A DNA stretch of 48,623 nt, from the IMG/VR virus record IMGVR_UViG_3300020365_000026, positions 1-48,623 of that record; one strand, 5' to 3'. The position numbers and the translations under genes are program-made. The stretch's first letter is position 1. The number at the start of each line of letters is the position of its first letter. Of the stretch, positions 1 to 8,939 are shown piece by piece. This stretch comes from a virus (Duplodnaviria > Caudoviricetes). The notes below the pieces were generated by a model that saw only the letters and a list, made by a program, of their open reading frames with translations, had not been told where the DNA came from and ran no database searches.

Positions 1-17
1 TAAACTAAAACATACAT

Positions 18-410
18 TTATTCTAATTCACCTCGCTCTCGCATTTTTGCACGGATTTTTGTAGCACTAATATCATGTACTTCTTTTCCCAAGTCATGTT
101 CAGTAAATGTATAACCTACTCCACGACCCCAACTAATATTAACTATATTAGGCACTTTCATTATGATATATTCTTTTGAATATGTAAAGCCTTGGTTTTT
201 AAGTGCATCACAAATAGGCGTTCTAACATCATGGAAGTCCCAAGGATTATCTGTATTGCCCATTCCAGCATCAGCACCTTGTACATCTCTTACCATAATG
301 CATACCTGCCCATGCTCTGCTTGAATACGTTTGAACAATTCAGTATGTCCATCGTGCCAAGGTTGCCAACGCCCAAGCATTTGTGCAGTTGGTTTTTTCC
401 AATTAAACAT
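18..410 (-). CDS. HIGH-motif nucleotidyltransferase (cytidylyltransferase-like; possibly a minimal sulfate adenylyltransferase)
   Basis: GRWQPWHDGH (HxGH) near the N-terminus and ISATKIR (KMSKS-equivalent) at the C-terminus. ATG at 410 overlaps the end of the upstream kinase and is preferred over TTG at 422. Confidence 0.75.
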   Translation of the reverse strand: MFNWKKPTAQMLGRWQPWHDGHTELFKRIQAEHGQVCIMVRDVQGADAGMGNTDNPWDFHDVRTPICDALKNQGFTYSKEYIIMKVPNIVNISWGRGVGYTFTEHDLGKEVHDISATKIRAKMRERGELE

Positions 411-894
411 TTTCTTCCTCAAGTCTGTAAGCTACATAACCAATTGGTGTTGTATTTTGTTTTTTCATATAACGTTCAATAATAGGAACAAGTTGTGTAT
501 GTGTATCTTCAAACCATTTAGCAACATGATAATCTATGTCGTGTCTCTCAGGTGGTTCAAACATACGATTTGTATCTTCAAACCTTCCTTCTGGTATTGT
601 ATCCATCCATACAGTAAAGTCAGGTGCAAATTGTTCTCTTGCTTCTTTGGTAGGACAAACAAAATCTGCTACGGCAATTTTGCCTGCTTTTACAATGCCA
701 TCAGCTAGATGTCGCATACGATTTGCTTGTTTAATTCTACCTTCAAGACTAAAGTCCCATTTACTCATATCATGCCCTTCATACTGTTTGCGTACTTCGT
801 CTGCATTGATATGAACACCTCCTAATAGTTTTGCAAGTGGCTCAGCCAGCGTAGTCTTGCCACTACCAGGTAGTCCAAATATTAATATTTTCAT
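403..894 (-). CDS. cysC: adenylylsulfate (APS) kinase-like P-loop kinase
   Basis: GLPGSGKTT Walker A, NADEVR, DFSLEGR, DFVCP and FEPP motifs typical of APS kinases; GGAG RBS at 903-906. Confidence 0.75.
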   Translation of the reverse strand: MKILIFGLPGSGKTTLAEPLAKLLGGVHINADEVRKQYEGHDMSKWDFSLEGRIKQANRMRHLADGIVKAGKIAVADFVCPTKEAREQFAPDFTVWMDTIPEGRFEDTNRMFEPPERHDIDYHVAKWFEDTHTQLVPIIERYMKKQNTTPIGYVAYRLEEENV

Positions 895-921
895 TGATGT
901 TTCTCCGTTAAGTACATACTT

Positions 922-937
922 AATAAATATATTTATG
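922..937. promoter_or_regulatory. back-to-back T4-type late promoters (AATAAATA on + at 922-929; CATAAATA on - at 930-937)
   Basis: 14-bp perfect palindrome ATAAATATATTTAT at 923-936 between the divergent kinase and HAD genes; each half matches TATAAATA at 7 of 8 positions. Confidence 0.6.
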
Positions 938-1252
938 ATTTATTATATTGACATTGACGGCACTATTTGTGAAGATATTCCTATAAAAGGAAAAACTGAA
1001 GCACAATATAGACAGCAAATGCCTTACAAAGATAGAATTGATGTAATTAATAAACTTTATGATGATGGACATGAAATACACTATTGGACTGCCAGAGGTG
1101 CTACTAGAGGCATAGACTGGACAGACCTTACCAGAGAACAACTTGAGGAATGGGGTTGCAAGTATCACCAACTGCACATGGGCAAACCAAACTTTGATGT
1201 TTATGTTTGTGATAAAAGTTTTAACAGCGAACATTGGTTTACTCAAAATTAG
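935..1252 (+). CDS. small HAD-family phosphatase (capsule-biosynthesis phosphatase-like)
   Basis: DIDGT motif I, WTARG motif II and GKP..DVYVCDK motifs III/IV. Start reassigned to ATG 935 (MIYYIDIDGT) because the 857 start overlaps the divergent kinase. Confidence 0.8.
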   Translation: MIYYIDIDGTICEDIPIKGKTEAQYRQQMPYKDRIDVINKLYDDGHEIHYWTARGATRGIDWTDLTREQLEEWGCKYHQLHMGKPNFDVYVCDKSFNSEHWFTQN

Positions 1253-1730
1253 TGTGTACAAATTCTTCTTGTGGAAGTAAACTTATAATTCTTTCAAATA
1301 TATAAATGAATCCAACTTCATAATAACTCTTCATTAAACCTTTGGATTCTGGTTGTGGATATGCTACAACTGTTTCACACTCTTGGCATATTTGTCCTTG
1401 TGGATTGAATGTTATTGCCATAGTTTTACATTTTGCACGTTTGGCAACCAATGTATATGCAAGACTGCTTACAGTAGATCCACTGGCTGTTACAAATACT
1501 GCTAGGTCTTGTTGATCTATTTCTGGTATTAATAGGTCTTCACTGTGTGCTACGTCATATCCCAACTGGCTTAGACGTTGCATAAACATTTTAGTTGCAA
1601 GTCCTACACGCCCTTTAGCAATGAATACTATGCGTCTTGCACGTTTAATACTTGTTATTATAGTTGATTCATTTCGAGCATCTTGTAGTGCAGATACATA
1701 ACCAATCCATGTTTTATCGAATTCATTCAT
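1239..1730 (-). CDS. SIS-domain sugar-phosphate isomerase (6-phospho-3-hexuloisomerase-like)
   Basis: RIVFIAKGRVGL..KMFMQRL, DLAVFVTASGST, AKRAKCKTMAIT and C-terminal HTNFE (HxNLE in PHI/HxlB). Start ATG 1730 is coupled to the upstream stop. Confidence 0.75.
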   Translation of the reverse strand: MNEFDKTWIGYVSALQDARNESTIITSIKRARRIVFIAKGRVGLATKMFMQRLSQLGYDVAHSEDLLIPEIDQQDLAVFVTASGSTVSSLAYTLVAKRAKCKTMAITFNPQGQICQECETVVAYPQPESKGLMKSYYEVGFIYIFERIISLLPQEEFVHTNFE

Positions 1731-3114
1731 ATTTTTTAAGTTGCTCGATGCCCAATAAAAATAAAAATTTATTAAGGTCTTTGTCAACATTCAGAGGACT
1801 CATGCTGAGCCAAATACAACCAACACCCAATTCTATTTTGCGTTTGTGCTGATGATAAATTGGCGACAGCTGGAATTGATTCAAACGAATACTGTCCTCT
1901 TCGCTCGGCGATATTTTAATTATATAACCATTTGCATCTTGTGTCAAGTGATAATTTTCCAAATTAATATTGTGTAATCTCAAGCTGTGATAAAACTTGC
2001 ATATATCGTAAAATATGTCATTGACAACTCCTGGTCTATGGTCTATATAATGTATTTGATCTTCACCTACTATTATGTTGTCTACTACTAGATCACCATG
2101 ACATGCACCTACAAGACCTGTGCTAACCAAGTCCCAATCTATGTTCTCTACTGTTCTTGTGCAATCAATTTGTTGTCCATTTACTTGTACAGTGCCACTG
2201 AACTCAGGAAACTGTTGCACTATTTGATCAAAACGTTCCCATGTTTTGTCTTGCCATAAACTTCTATTTGTACATGCTATGTTGTTGTGTACGCTGAAAC
2301 GCCAAGTGTCTTGAAGATTACGAAATACACGTTCAAATTCGCCATTCATTGGATTGACTTTGCCATTTACTTTTGTATAACTTAGTCCGTGTTTAGTATG
2401 TTCAATTGGTTGTGGGTGCGGATAATTGTTGTTGGGTTGTATGTCAGGCTTGTTTACAAATAGTTTTACTATTCTATCATTTACACTGTATATTTCTTGT
2501 TGTGTTTTATCCAATACACTGAAGCTGGCATCCTGTTGTACTGTGCGATAACTTTCTACATTGCCTACATCAAACCAATCTACCAGTGCTTTGCTTTGTA
2601 AACTGTCCAATTGCTGTAGCAATATTAAATCATTTCTACTGATATCTGTAGACTGAAGTATATCATAATACTCCTGGCTGTCCTTAATAAAACTAATTCC
2701 GCTGTACACAACATCTTCACTGGTGTCGTAATATTGTTTATTATCAGGTGTACAAGTAAACCAAGTGTTTGTGTCTACTGTATCAACTATTGTACTCCAG
2801 TTGTCGCAAGCATTGTAGTACAATGGTTCATCAAATACATGACTGGGTATTTGCTTAAAGCTGGCAATTTGACTGCTATTCCAGTTTTCTATTTCTATAA
2901 ATTCTACATTTTTGCGATTGCTGTGTTGTATATACTCTTGTATATACTCAGCTTCATAACCAAGTGTAATATAAATTTTATCTATATCCGCAAAACTGTT
3001 GATAATATGATCTATTACTGCACAATCGCCTATGCGTATTAGTGCTTTGTGAAATTTTGTATATCCAACACTTCTTGTGCCAGGACCACTGCAAGGTATT
3101 AGGAGATTAGGCAT
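1723..3114 (-). CDS. sugar-phosphate nucleotidyltransferase fused to an APH/choline-kinase-like domain
   Basis: N-terminal LLIPCSGPGTRS...HKALIRIG (GxGTR..PK-like) and WFDVGN; C-terminal HGDLVVDNI..YID..YDICKFYHS phosphotransferase motifs. Confidence 0.75.
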   Translation of the reverse strand: MPNLLIPCSGPGTRSVGYTKFHKALIRIGDCAVIDHIINSFADIDKIYITLGYEAEYIQEYIQHSNRKNVEFIEIENWNSSQIASFKQIPSHVFDEPLYYNACDNWSTIVDTVDTNTWFTCTPDNKQYYDTSEDVVYSGISFIKDSQEYYDILQSTDISRNDLILLQQLDSLQSKALVDWFDVGNVESYRTVQQDASFSVLDKTQQEIYSVNDRIVKLFVNKPDIQPNNNYPHPQPIEHTKHGLSYTKVNGKVNPMNGEFERVFRNLQDTWRFSVHNNIACTNRSLWQDKTWERFDQIVQQFPEFSGTVQVNGQQIDCTRTVENIDWDLVSTGLVGACHGDLVVDNIIVGEDQIHYIDHRPGVVNDIFYDICKFYHSLRLHNINLENYHLTQDANGYIIKISPSEEDSIRLNQFQLSPIYHQHKRKIELGVGCIWLSMSPLNVDKDLNKFLFLLGIEQLKKYE

Positions 3115-3707
3115 GCAATATTAGCCTCATAGTTGTCATTGAATAACACTTTGCTTCCTGCTACCAATGTTATATTTGGATTATCTTTGTGTTCAAGCAC
3201 TGTACTGATCTTCACACCGCCATCTATTGTAACTGGTCTTTGTGTGTCTGACAGTGTAGAAAGGTCATAAAAACTATCTTGTACTTTTATTCCAGGATTA
3301 TATGCCATTAATAAAAATTCATCTACATTTAATCTATCGCAAATTCTATCAATTTGTGCTATTGTATGATAAGGCTTAAACGCTAGATGCAGTCTTTTAT
3401 CTCTGCTTAAAAAGTCAATGCACTGTTGCTCACTGTGAAAACTTTCGTAGTGTGCAAATATTTTATTTGCTTTTGTTTTTAGTATTGCGTCCCAGGCGGG
3501 ATTGTTACAGGCTATCATTGCATGTACATCAATGTGTTGTGCATAATCTATTTCATCTATAGCTTCAGGATGCACACCCAAACGTGGAACAAAGTGTCCG
3601 TCCATACAGTCCATGTGTACGCTCATGTTGTATTTTTCTTTTAGTCGTGTATAACTTTGATAGATATTGTAAGGTCTATCACAAATATAGCTTAAACTGA
3701 GTTGCAT
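3099..3707 (-). CDS. ribulose-phosphate 3-epimerase family protein (divergent)
   Basis: HMDCMDGHFVP, DVHAM, LLMAYNPG, IDGGV and VAGS motifs. Confidence 0.8.
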   Translation of the reverse strand: MQLSLSYICDRPYNIYQSYTRLKEKYNMSVHMDCMDGHFVPRLGVHPEAIDEIDYAQHIDVHAMIACNNPAWDAILKTKANKIFAHYESFHSEQQCIDFLSRDKRLHLAFKPYHTIAQIDRICDRLNVDEFLLMAYNPGIKVQDSFYDLSTLSDTQRPVTIDGGVKISTVLEHKDNPNITLVAGSKVLFNDNYEANIACLIS

Positions 3708-4426
3708 GTAAAATCCTCTATTATGTTGTCTTTGATGACAACTCCTGTTTTAATACCTTTTTTAAAATTTAATCTTTCTTCTTCCAAGTATAACGTTTCA
3801 CTGTATGCTCTAAGATCTTCATAGTTTTTGATGACTTCATGTTTGGGAGGACTTACTTCTGTATGACTTTTAAAGGTGATTAATACATTTGGGTCAGTCC
3901 AGCACAGTCCTATATTAACCCAATCTTGTTTAACATCTCTTGTAAGTGTATCATAATTAATCCATTTGTCCACTTTGAGATTGTAAATGTTATTTTTTAA
4001 TTTGAACGTTTCCCAATAAAAGCCTCTCCAGTAGTTTCTAAATTCATGCTCGCCGATGTAAATTGGATTTATGTCTTGTTCACCTGCATACCATTGATTC
4101 TTATGCCTACTCACACACATGCTTGCTGTTAATTCAAATATATTTTGTCGCCAACATACTATGGTATAGTCAACTGCACTGTTGAAATCATCTAGTAGTC
4201 CCATTTCTTTCATATCAACCAAATGAACTGTGTGATTTTTAATAACACATCTGGGTGTGTTTATAAATTCTTGCAAATGTTTGTGAAAGAATCTATTGTC
4301 TCTAAAATTACTGTTATAGGGTTCATTACCAAATTCAATATCTTGGTTGGTTGCATAGTATTGTCGAATCACGTTGAATAGGTATGTAGTTCCGCTCCGT
4401 GGTTGCCCAAGCAGATGTATTCTCAT
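3692..4426 (-). CDS. PAPS-dependent sulfotransferase family protein
   Basis: GQPRSGTTYL 5'-PSB loop, NEP, KNH, and RQN....AS 3'-PB-like motif; INYDTL. Confidence 0.7.
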   Translation of the reverse strand: MRIHLLGQPRSGTTYLFNVIRQYYATNQDIEFGNEPYNSNFRDNRFFHKHLQEFINTPRCVIKNHTVHLVDMKEMGLLDDFNSAVDYTIVCWRQNIFELTASMCVSRHKNQWYAGEQDINPIYIGEHEFRNYWRGFYWETFKLKNNIYNLKVDKWINYDTLTRDVKQDWVNIGLCWTDPNVLITFKSHTEVSPPKHEVIKNYEDLRAYSETLYLEEERLNFKKGIKTGVVIKDNIIEDFTCNSV

Positions 4427-5649
4427 AGCCAGCCCTCGTATTCCGGAATAATGTCTACAATACGTTGTTTCCTAATAGGATCATATGTACGAACTCTTGT
4501 TTTAAATTCTTCCCAATCTCTGCCTGGACTACCCAAGTCGTTGGTTTTTAAATGAGTAAGTATACCATCCCATGTTTTTTCGTGCATCAACTGTTCCCAA
4601 TGAGGTTGCCATTCTGTGTCTATTTTGTGTAAAAGTTTTTGTTTTAATTCAGCAGGCATATTGGTTACACATGCTCCGCCATCATAAACAATATTCAACC
4701 AAAGTTTGACTTCACCTTTGAATTCACGTTCATAATATTCAAAGCTACGCATTAGATCCCAAATACTATAGTTGCTAATACTGTAACTGATTTTAGGTCT
4801 AAATCCATGATCCCAAACAAAACGTTTGAGTGTGTCTTCAAACACATTCCATTTTCCTGGATACCTTGCATATTCAAAACAAGACTCTATACCATCAGCA
4901 CTGAATAAAAAATGCACCAATTTAAAATGAGGCCAAATGTTTTCTATTGCATGTTTAGGATAAACACTGCCATTTGTTGCATAGTTTAAAATAATATTTT
5001 GTGCATATCCTCTTTCAATTATCTTTTCTAAAAATTTAAATTGCTGTTTGATTAAAAAAGGTTCTCCTCCATATAAATCAATTTGATCAATGTGAGGTAA
5101 TATTGTTTCTAGTTGTTGCCAATATTCTTCATTTTCGTACCATTTAAAATTTGTATTTTGTTTGTTACTAAAGAAGTCTTTATAACCTGCTTGTCGCATG
5201 TCATCTACCCAACGACTGCTACTCCAAACATTACAAATTCTACAAGCAAGATTACAGAGGTTGCCCAGCTTTAGGTCTAAGTATCTATGTGTAAATCTAT
5301 TTTGCTCTATCATTAACCCTTGATTAGCATACTTTAGATTTTCTCTCATGCGTCTTGTTACATTACCATCTGCTTCTTCAATATAACATTCTTCACAGCC
5401 TCTAACAGGTTTATCCTCAAGTGCCGCTTGACGCATTGCACGAGCATCTTCACTGTCAACTATGTCTTGAATATTGTGTGTTGCCGCGTTAAAAGGTACA
5501 CCGTTTTCGTCTTTGTAAACAGTTCTACTTACACAACATGGTGCGACATGCCCAAACGATTTGATTTCATAATGTAGGAAAGGTAAAGCACAAAAATGTT
5601 TTGTTTTTAGCTTTCGTCCATCATTTGATAGAGTATAATCTTTTTTCAT
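4423..5649 (-). CDS. radical SAM protein with N-terminal twitch-type domain (rSAM-10)
   Basis: CALPF..PCC..CEEC N-terminal Cys set, CNLACRIC, GGEP. Confidence 0.9.
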   Translation of the reverse strand: MKKDYTLSNDGRKLKTKHFCALPFLHYEIKSFGHVAPCCVSRTVYKDENGVPFNAATHNIQDIVDSEDARAMRQAALEDKPVRGCEECYIEEADGNVTRRMRENLKYANQGLMIEQNRFTHRYLDLKLGNLCNLACRICNVWSSSRWVDDMRQAGYKDFFSNKQNTNFKWYENEEYWQQLETILPHIDQIDLYGGEPFLIKQQFKFLEKIIERGYAQNIILNYATNGSVYPKHAIENIWPHFKLVHFLFSADGIESCFEYARYPGKWNVFEDTLKRFVWDHGFRPKISYSISNYSIWDLMRSFEYYEREFKGEVKLWLNIVYDGGACVTNMPAELKQKLLHKIDTEWQPHWEQLMHEKTWDGILTHLKTNDLGSPGRDWEEFKTRVRTYDPIRKQRIVDIIPEYEGWL

Positions 5650-5692
5650 GTTAGAAGAGTTTCAAAACCTTGTTTCTCTACTAGGTATTATT

Positions 5693-5893
5693 TTACTTTG
5701 CTCTTGCTAGTACTTCCACACGAACCCTTGTTGCAACTAATTCTGCATCTGAGGTCCAATTGTCTTCGCCGTAAGCATTTCTCATGCTCTTCCAGACTTC
5801 TAATACACTAGCATCTGAGGAGTCTTTTCCTGCTCTGCTTAGGGCTTCCCAGATTACTTCATTTAGAGTTTTATCATTTTCGATACTTGCCAT
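5693..5893 (-). CDS. 66-aa hypothetical protein with dedicated promoter and RBS
   Basis: AAAGGAG RBS at 5901-5907, late promoter motif at 5919-5926; fills the gap between coupled genes. Confidence 0.75.
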   Translation of the reverse strand: MASIENDKTLNEVIWEALSRAGKDSSDASVLEVWKSMRNAYGEDNWTSDAELVATRVRVEVLARAK

Positions 5894-5918
5894 TTTAGTT
5901 CTCCTTTATAATATAGTG

Positions 5919-5926
5919 TATTTATG
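5919..5926 (-). promoter_or_regulatory. T4-type late promoter CATAAATA
   Basis: tatttatg on + strand, overlapping the stop of the 341-aa gene and upstream of a strong RBS. Confidence 0.6.
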
Positions 5927-6947
5927 GAGATACTAATTGTTTTTTACGCTCGTTATACCAATCTAACCAACTGTATTTCCAGGTTTTGCTTGCTAGTTGC
6001 ATATTGTTTTCATCATATAATGCAATGCCACATATATCATCATAGTTCCACAGTTCCAACATTGTTTCAATATTGTCTTCTGGCAAGTCGCTTGCCCTTC
6101 TGTTTAGATCTCCTAGGAAACACCAACCCAAGCTGAGTGTTTTATCTTTTATATCAATTTGCTTTTCCATACACCATTTTTTAAAATCGTCCCAATTTTC
6201 ACCAGGATGTCCGTGATTAAGGTTTACATCAAACTCTCCACTCAAATAACGAATACCACTGATATTACTGTTATAGATATCCTCATCTTCGTCATGCCAG
6301 GCTTCTCTGTGTGTTTTACCAGTCTGTGCATAGTGCATTCTTATTGCACCAAATGGTTGATGAATCATTTCAAAATGATCATAGTCTCCATCAGCTTCAA
6401 TTAAATCATGTCTTACAATAGGTTCCATGCATATAACAACACTGCTTGAACTTTTGTTATCTTCATATGCTTCAAGTCCTCTTAATTGACTTTCTATTTC
6501 ATGACACAACCAATTGAAATTGTTAACACTGAATTGATGTGACTTATCGAACTGATCCCAATATTCGCTGACGTTCCAAATCTGTCCTATTAGTATTTCA
6601 AAATGATGATGTATTTTGTTTAATTGATCTTGGTCAACTGTGTCTGCATCAAAATGTAAATCAATATTATAGTCTATTTTATTTTTCTTACAGTATTTGT
6701 TAACCTTGTCAATATGGAAGTTAAGTTCTTCACACATAAAAGGAATTGTACGTTCAATTTTAGTTTTAGGATATACCCAACCATGTAACATAAATTGCTT
6801 TTCTATTCTTGCATCTGTATCTAAGTAATCTTTTTGTAATGCTGATGCCCATTTCTGCGCCAGCGGAATATCTCTTATATCCCAAACAACATTTTTTGTT
6901 GTTTCATTATCTGTGTTTCTAAATGTAATTTCTAATTGCTTGTACAT
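5922..6947 (-). CDS. hypothetical protein, paralog of the adjacent gene (His/Glu motifs)
   Basis: 341-aa ORF coupled by TAATG at 6947; LNKIHHHFE, LCHEIE and HYAQTGKT motifs. Confidence 0.75.
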   Translation of the reverse strand: MYKQLEITFRNTDNETTKNVVWDIRDIPLAQKWASALQKDYLDTDARIEKQFMLHGWVYPKTKIERTIPFMCEELNFHIDKVNKYCKKNKIDYNIDLHFDADTVDQDQLNKIHHHFEILIGQIWNVSEYWDQFDKSHQFSVNNFNWLCHEIESQLRGLEAYEDNKSSSSVVICMEPIVRHDLIEADGDYDHFEMIHQPFGAIRMHYAQTGKTHREAWHDEDEDIYNSNISGIRYLSGEFDVNLNHGHPGENWDDFKKWCMEKQIDIKDKTLSLGWCFLGDLNRRASDLPEDNIETMLELWNYDDICGIALYDENNMQLASKTWKYSWLDWYNERKKQLVSP

Positions 6948-7789
6948 TATTCCTCCAACTCTACTTCTATCTTGTCAAAAGGTTTGATTTGATAAGCATA
7001 TGGATCAACCAGGGTACCAATTTCTATTTGTCCCCATTGACGTGGATCTATATGATCAACACCTTGTGCATGTTGTTCACACCAATTGCAATACTTTTCC
7101 CAATCCCAAGTTGAATTAAAGTATGGCAACATTATTTCATTCGTAATGTGTGCTTTTGGGTTACTTTGTTTACGCTCCGCGGCTTGCACATCGTTGGCTT
7201 CGTACATGTGCCATAATGTTTTACCAATTTCGCTGTATCCTAGATACAGTTTACGCTTTCTATATCCAGGCTTAAAAAGTTCCATGTGTTCTTCTCTGAT
7301 AGGAATTTTTTGAAAAGGCTCCATTCTAAATCCTAACCAGCTACCATCATATCCAACTCTATCATTTTCTATGTTGTGTATGTTATCATTGAACTTACTA
7401 ATCAACGGCCCAAGCCATCTGTTTTCTGTGTCGCTTATTTTATTTTGATCAATGAGTATTTCATATTCTTCGACATAATTGTGCAAATAATTTAGTGTAT
7501 CTTGATTCCATCCGTCGAGTATACACTCAGGATCTATCTTTCCAATGGTATCATTGTAAATGTCTGTTTCTAGTAATTTTTTTGCTTGCTGATATAGTTC
7601 ACAATATTTGTCTATAGTTTCACTTTTGGTAAAACACATACTACTACTGTATACCGGAACATCACTGCCAGCTTTAACAGCCTTAACAAAATCTTCAACT
7701 GCCGCATTGTTGTCATAAAGATTATAGTAAAGACTATTGTTTTGATATTCTTTCCAAAAGAAATTGATTTTAAATCGATATTTTATCAT
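6947..7789 (-). CDS. hypothetical protein, paralog of the adjacent gene (His/Glu motifs)
   Basis: LNYLHNYVE, NIHNIE and GYSEIGKT motifs; start moved to ATG 7789 to minimise overlap with the upstream rSAM. Confidence 0.7.
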   Translation of the reverse strand: MIKYRFKINFFWKEYQNNSLYYNLYDNNAAVEDFVKAVKAGSDVPVYSSSMCFTKSETIDKYCELYQQAKKLLETDIYNDTIGKIDPECILDGWNQDTLNYLHNYVEEYEILIDQNKISDTENRWLGPLISKFNDNIHNIENDRVGYDGSWLGFRMEPFQKIPIREEHMELFKPGYRKRKLYLGYSEIGKTLWHMYEANDVQAAERKQSNPKAHITNEIMLPYFNSTWDWEKYCNWCEQHAQGVDHIDPRQWGQIEIGTLVDPYAYQIKPFDKIEVELEE

Positions 7790-8939
7790 GTCCAGGTCCT
7801 GCTTTTGTATGAATAAGTCTATCCATTGGACTGTCGTGTCCGCATATTTTAGCACAATACATGCACTTTCCTTGTGCATATGTAGTCATGGTCCATGACT
7901 TCATTATTGTAGAGTCTAGATAATTCATTATATTCTCAAATTTGTTTTTTGTCAAGTAAAGTTTTTCAGTGTCCCAAATGCCTTGTAGTTGTTTTTTTGC
8001 ATCATCTTGTCTACCACTAGCCCATAGTTCACCTATGTAACAACAAGGCATGACCAATCCATCACATTGTATCATAATTTCACTGCCTGTTTTTTTCAAA
8101 CTTTTGCATTTTATATTGTGATCTTCATATTGAACAAAATGATGATTACTGACATATTCCTTCCATTGGTCAGGAGGATTGCCCACATATGCAATAGGAT
8201 CTTCAGTGTTTCTTTCCATACCCACAGGTGCATTCACGTACTGTAAATCATCTGCCGCTTCTATATAATACTCCAACTTACCTTGTGCATCATATACACC
8301 TCGCTTTTGTATTTTGTTGTCCCATACCAATCCATCAGGACTTTTAATACGAACACTTTTAAAACCCATGTCCTGTGCTCGTTGTTTTACTTCTTCAATC
8401 TGATGTTCATTGTGTTTAAAAACTAAGAAGTCCCAATATGCTATGCCTCCTGCTTTAATAAATGCAGTTGCATTACGCATGAGTTTATTCCAATCTACAT
8501 TTCTTCTATACAATTCATTTGTATCTTCCAGTCCGTCAATACTGAACCACATATAATGCTTGGGATCTGTACTTAATGCTTTTCCTGCTCGTGTCCAAAC
8601 TTCTTCACTGCGTAGTCCACCATTACTGTGTGTTACAAGTTGTTTGTTTGCAGGAAGATTTTCAGCACAATATTCTAATATTTCCACAATATCTTTGGCG
8701 GCAAAAGGGTCTCCTTGATTACCACACAACATAATTCTATCTGTTTTTTCCAGTACATCAAGAGGAAACCATTTTTTAAATTTGTCAAATGAAATACTTG
8801 TTGGTGTCAATCCAGGTCTGGTTATTCTGCTACCAGCCCAATAGCGTGGACAAATAGGACAAGCCGCATTACAAACATTGCTCAATTCTACATGAAACTG
8901 ATATTGGTTGTATGCAGGTTTACTCCAACTAAAACTCAA
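7770..8939 (-). CDS. radical SAM protein with C-terminal SPASM/twitch domain (rSAM-9)
   Basis: CNAACPIC, CGNQGDP in place of GGEP, FSIDG, C-terminal C..DGLVMPCC..CMYCAKIC; TTG start overlapping the upstream TGA. Confidence 0.9.
   Translation of the reverse strand: MSFSWSKPAYNQYQFHVELSNVCNAACPICPRYWAGSRITRPGLTPTSISFDKFKKWFPLDVLEKTDRIMLCGNQGDPFAAKDIVEILEYCAENLPANKQLVTHSNGGLRSEEVWTRAGKALSTDPKHYMWFSIDGLEDTNELYRRNVDWNKLMRNATAFIKAGGIAYWDFLVFKHNEHQIEEVKQRAQDMGFKSVRIKSPDGLVWDNKIQKRGVYDAQGKLEYYIEAADDLQYVNAPVGMERNTEDPIAYVGNPPDQWKEYVSNHHFVQYEDHNIKCKSLKKTGSEIMIQCDGLVMPCCYIGELWASGRQDDAKKQLQGIWDTEKLYLTKNKFENIMNYLDSTIMKSWTMTTYAQGKCMYCAKICGHDSPMDRLIHTKAGPGHDKISI

Noticed and set aside
920-1261. 113-aa minus-strand ORF that would keep the operon co-oriented
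   Set aside because: The opposite strand encodes a protein with the HAD motifs; this ORF has no motif.
3099-3707. Epimerase as a pentose-phosphate auxiliary metabolic gene
   Set aside because: Divergent sequence overlapping a sulfotransferase and an NTP-transferase gene, with no tal, zwf or gnd nearby; glycan precursor synthesis fits better.
5650-5692. Possible terminator after the 66-aa gene
   Set aside because: Only a weak, interrupted AGAG/CTCT pairing and no clear U-tract.
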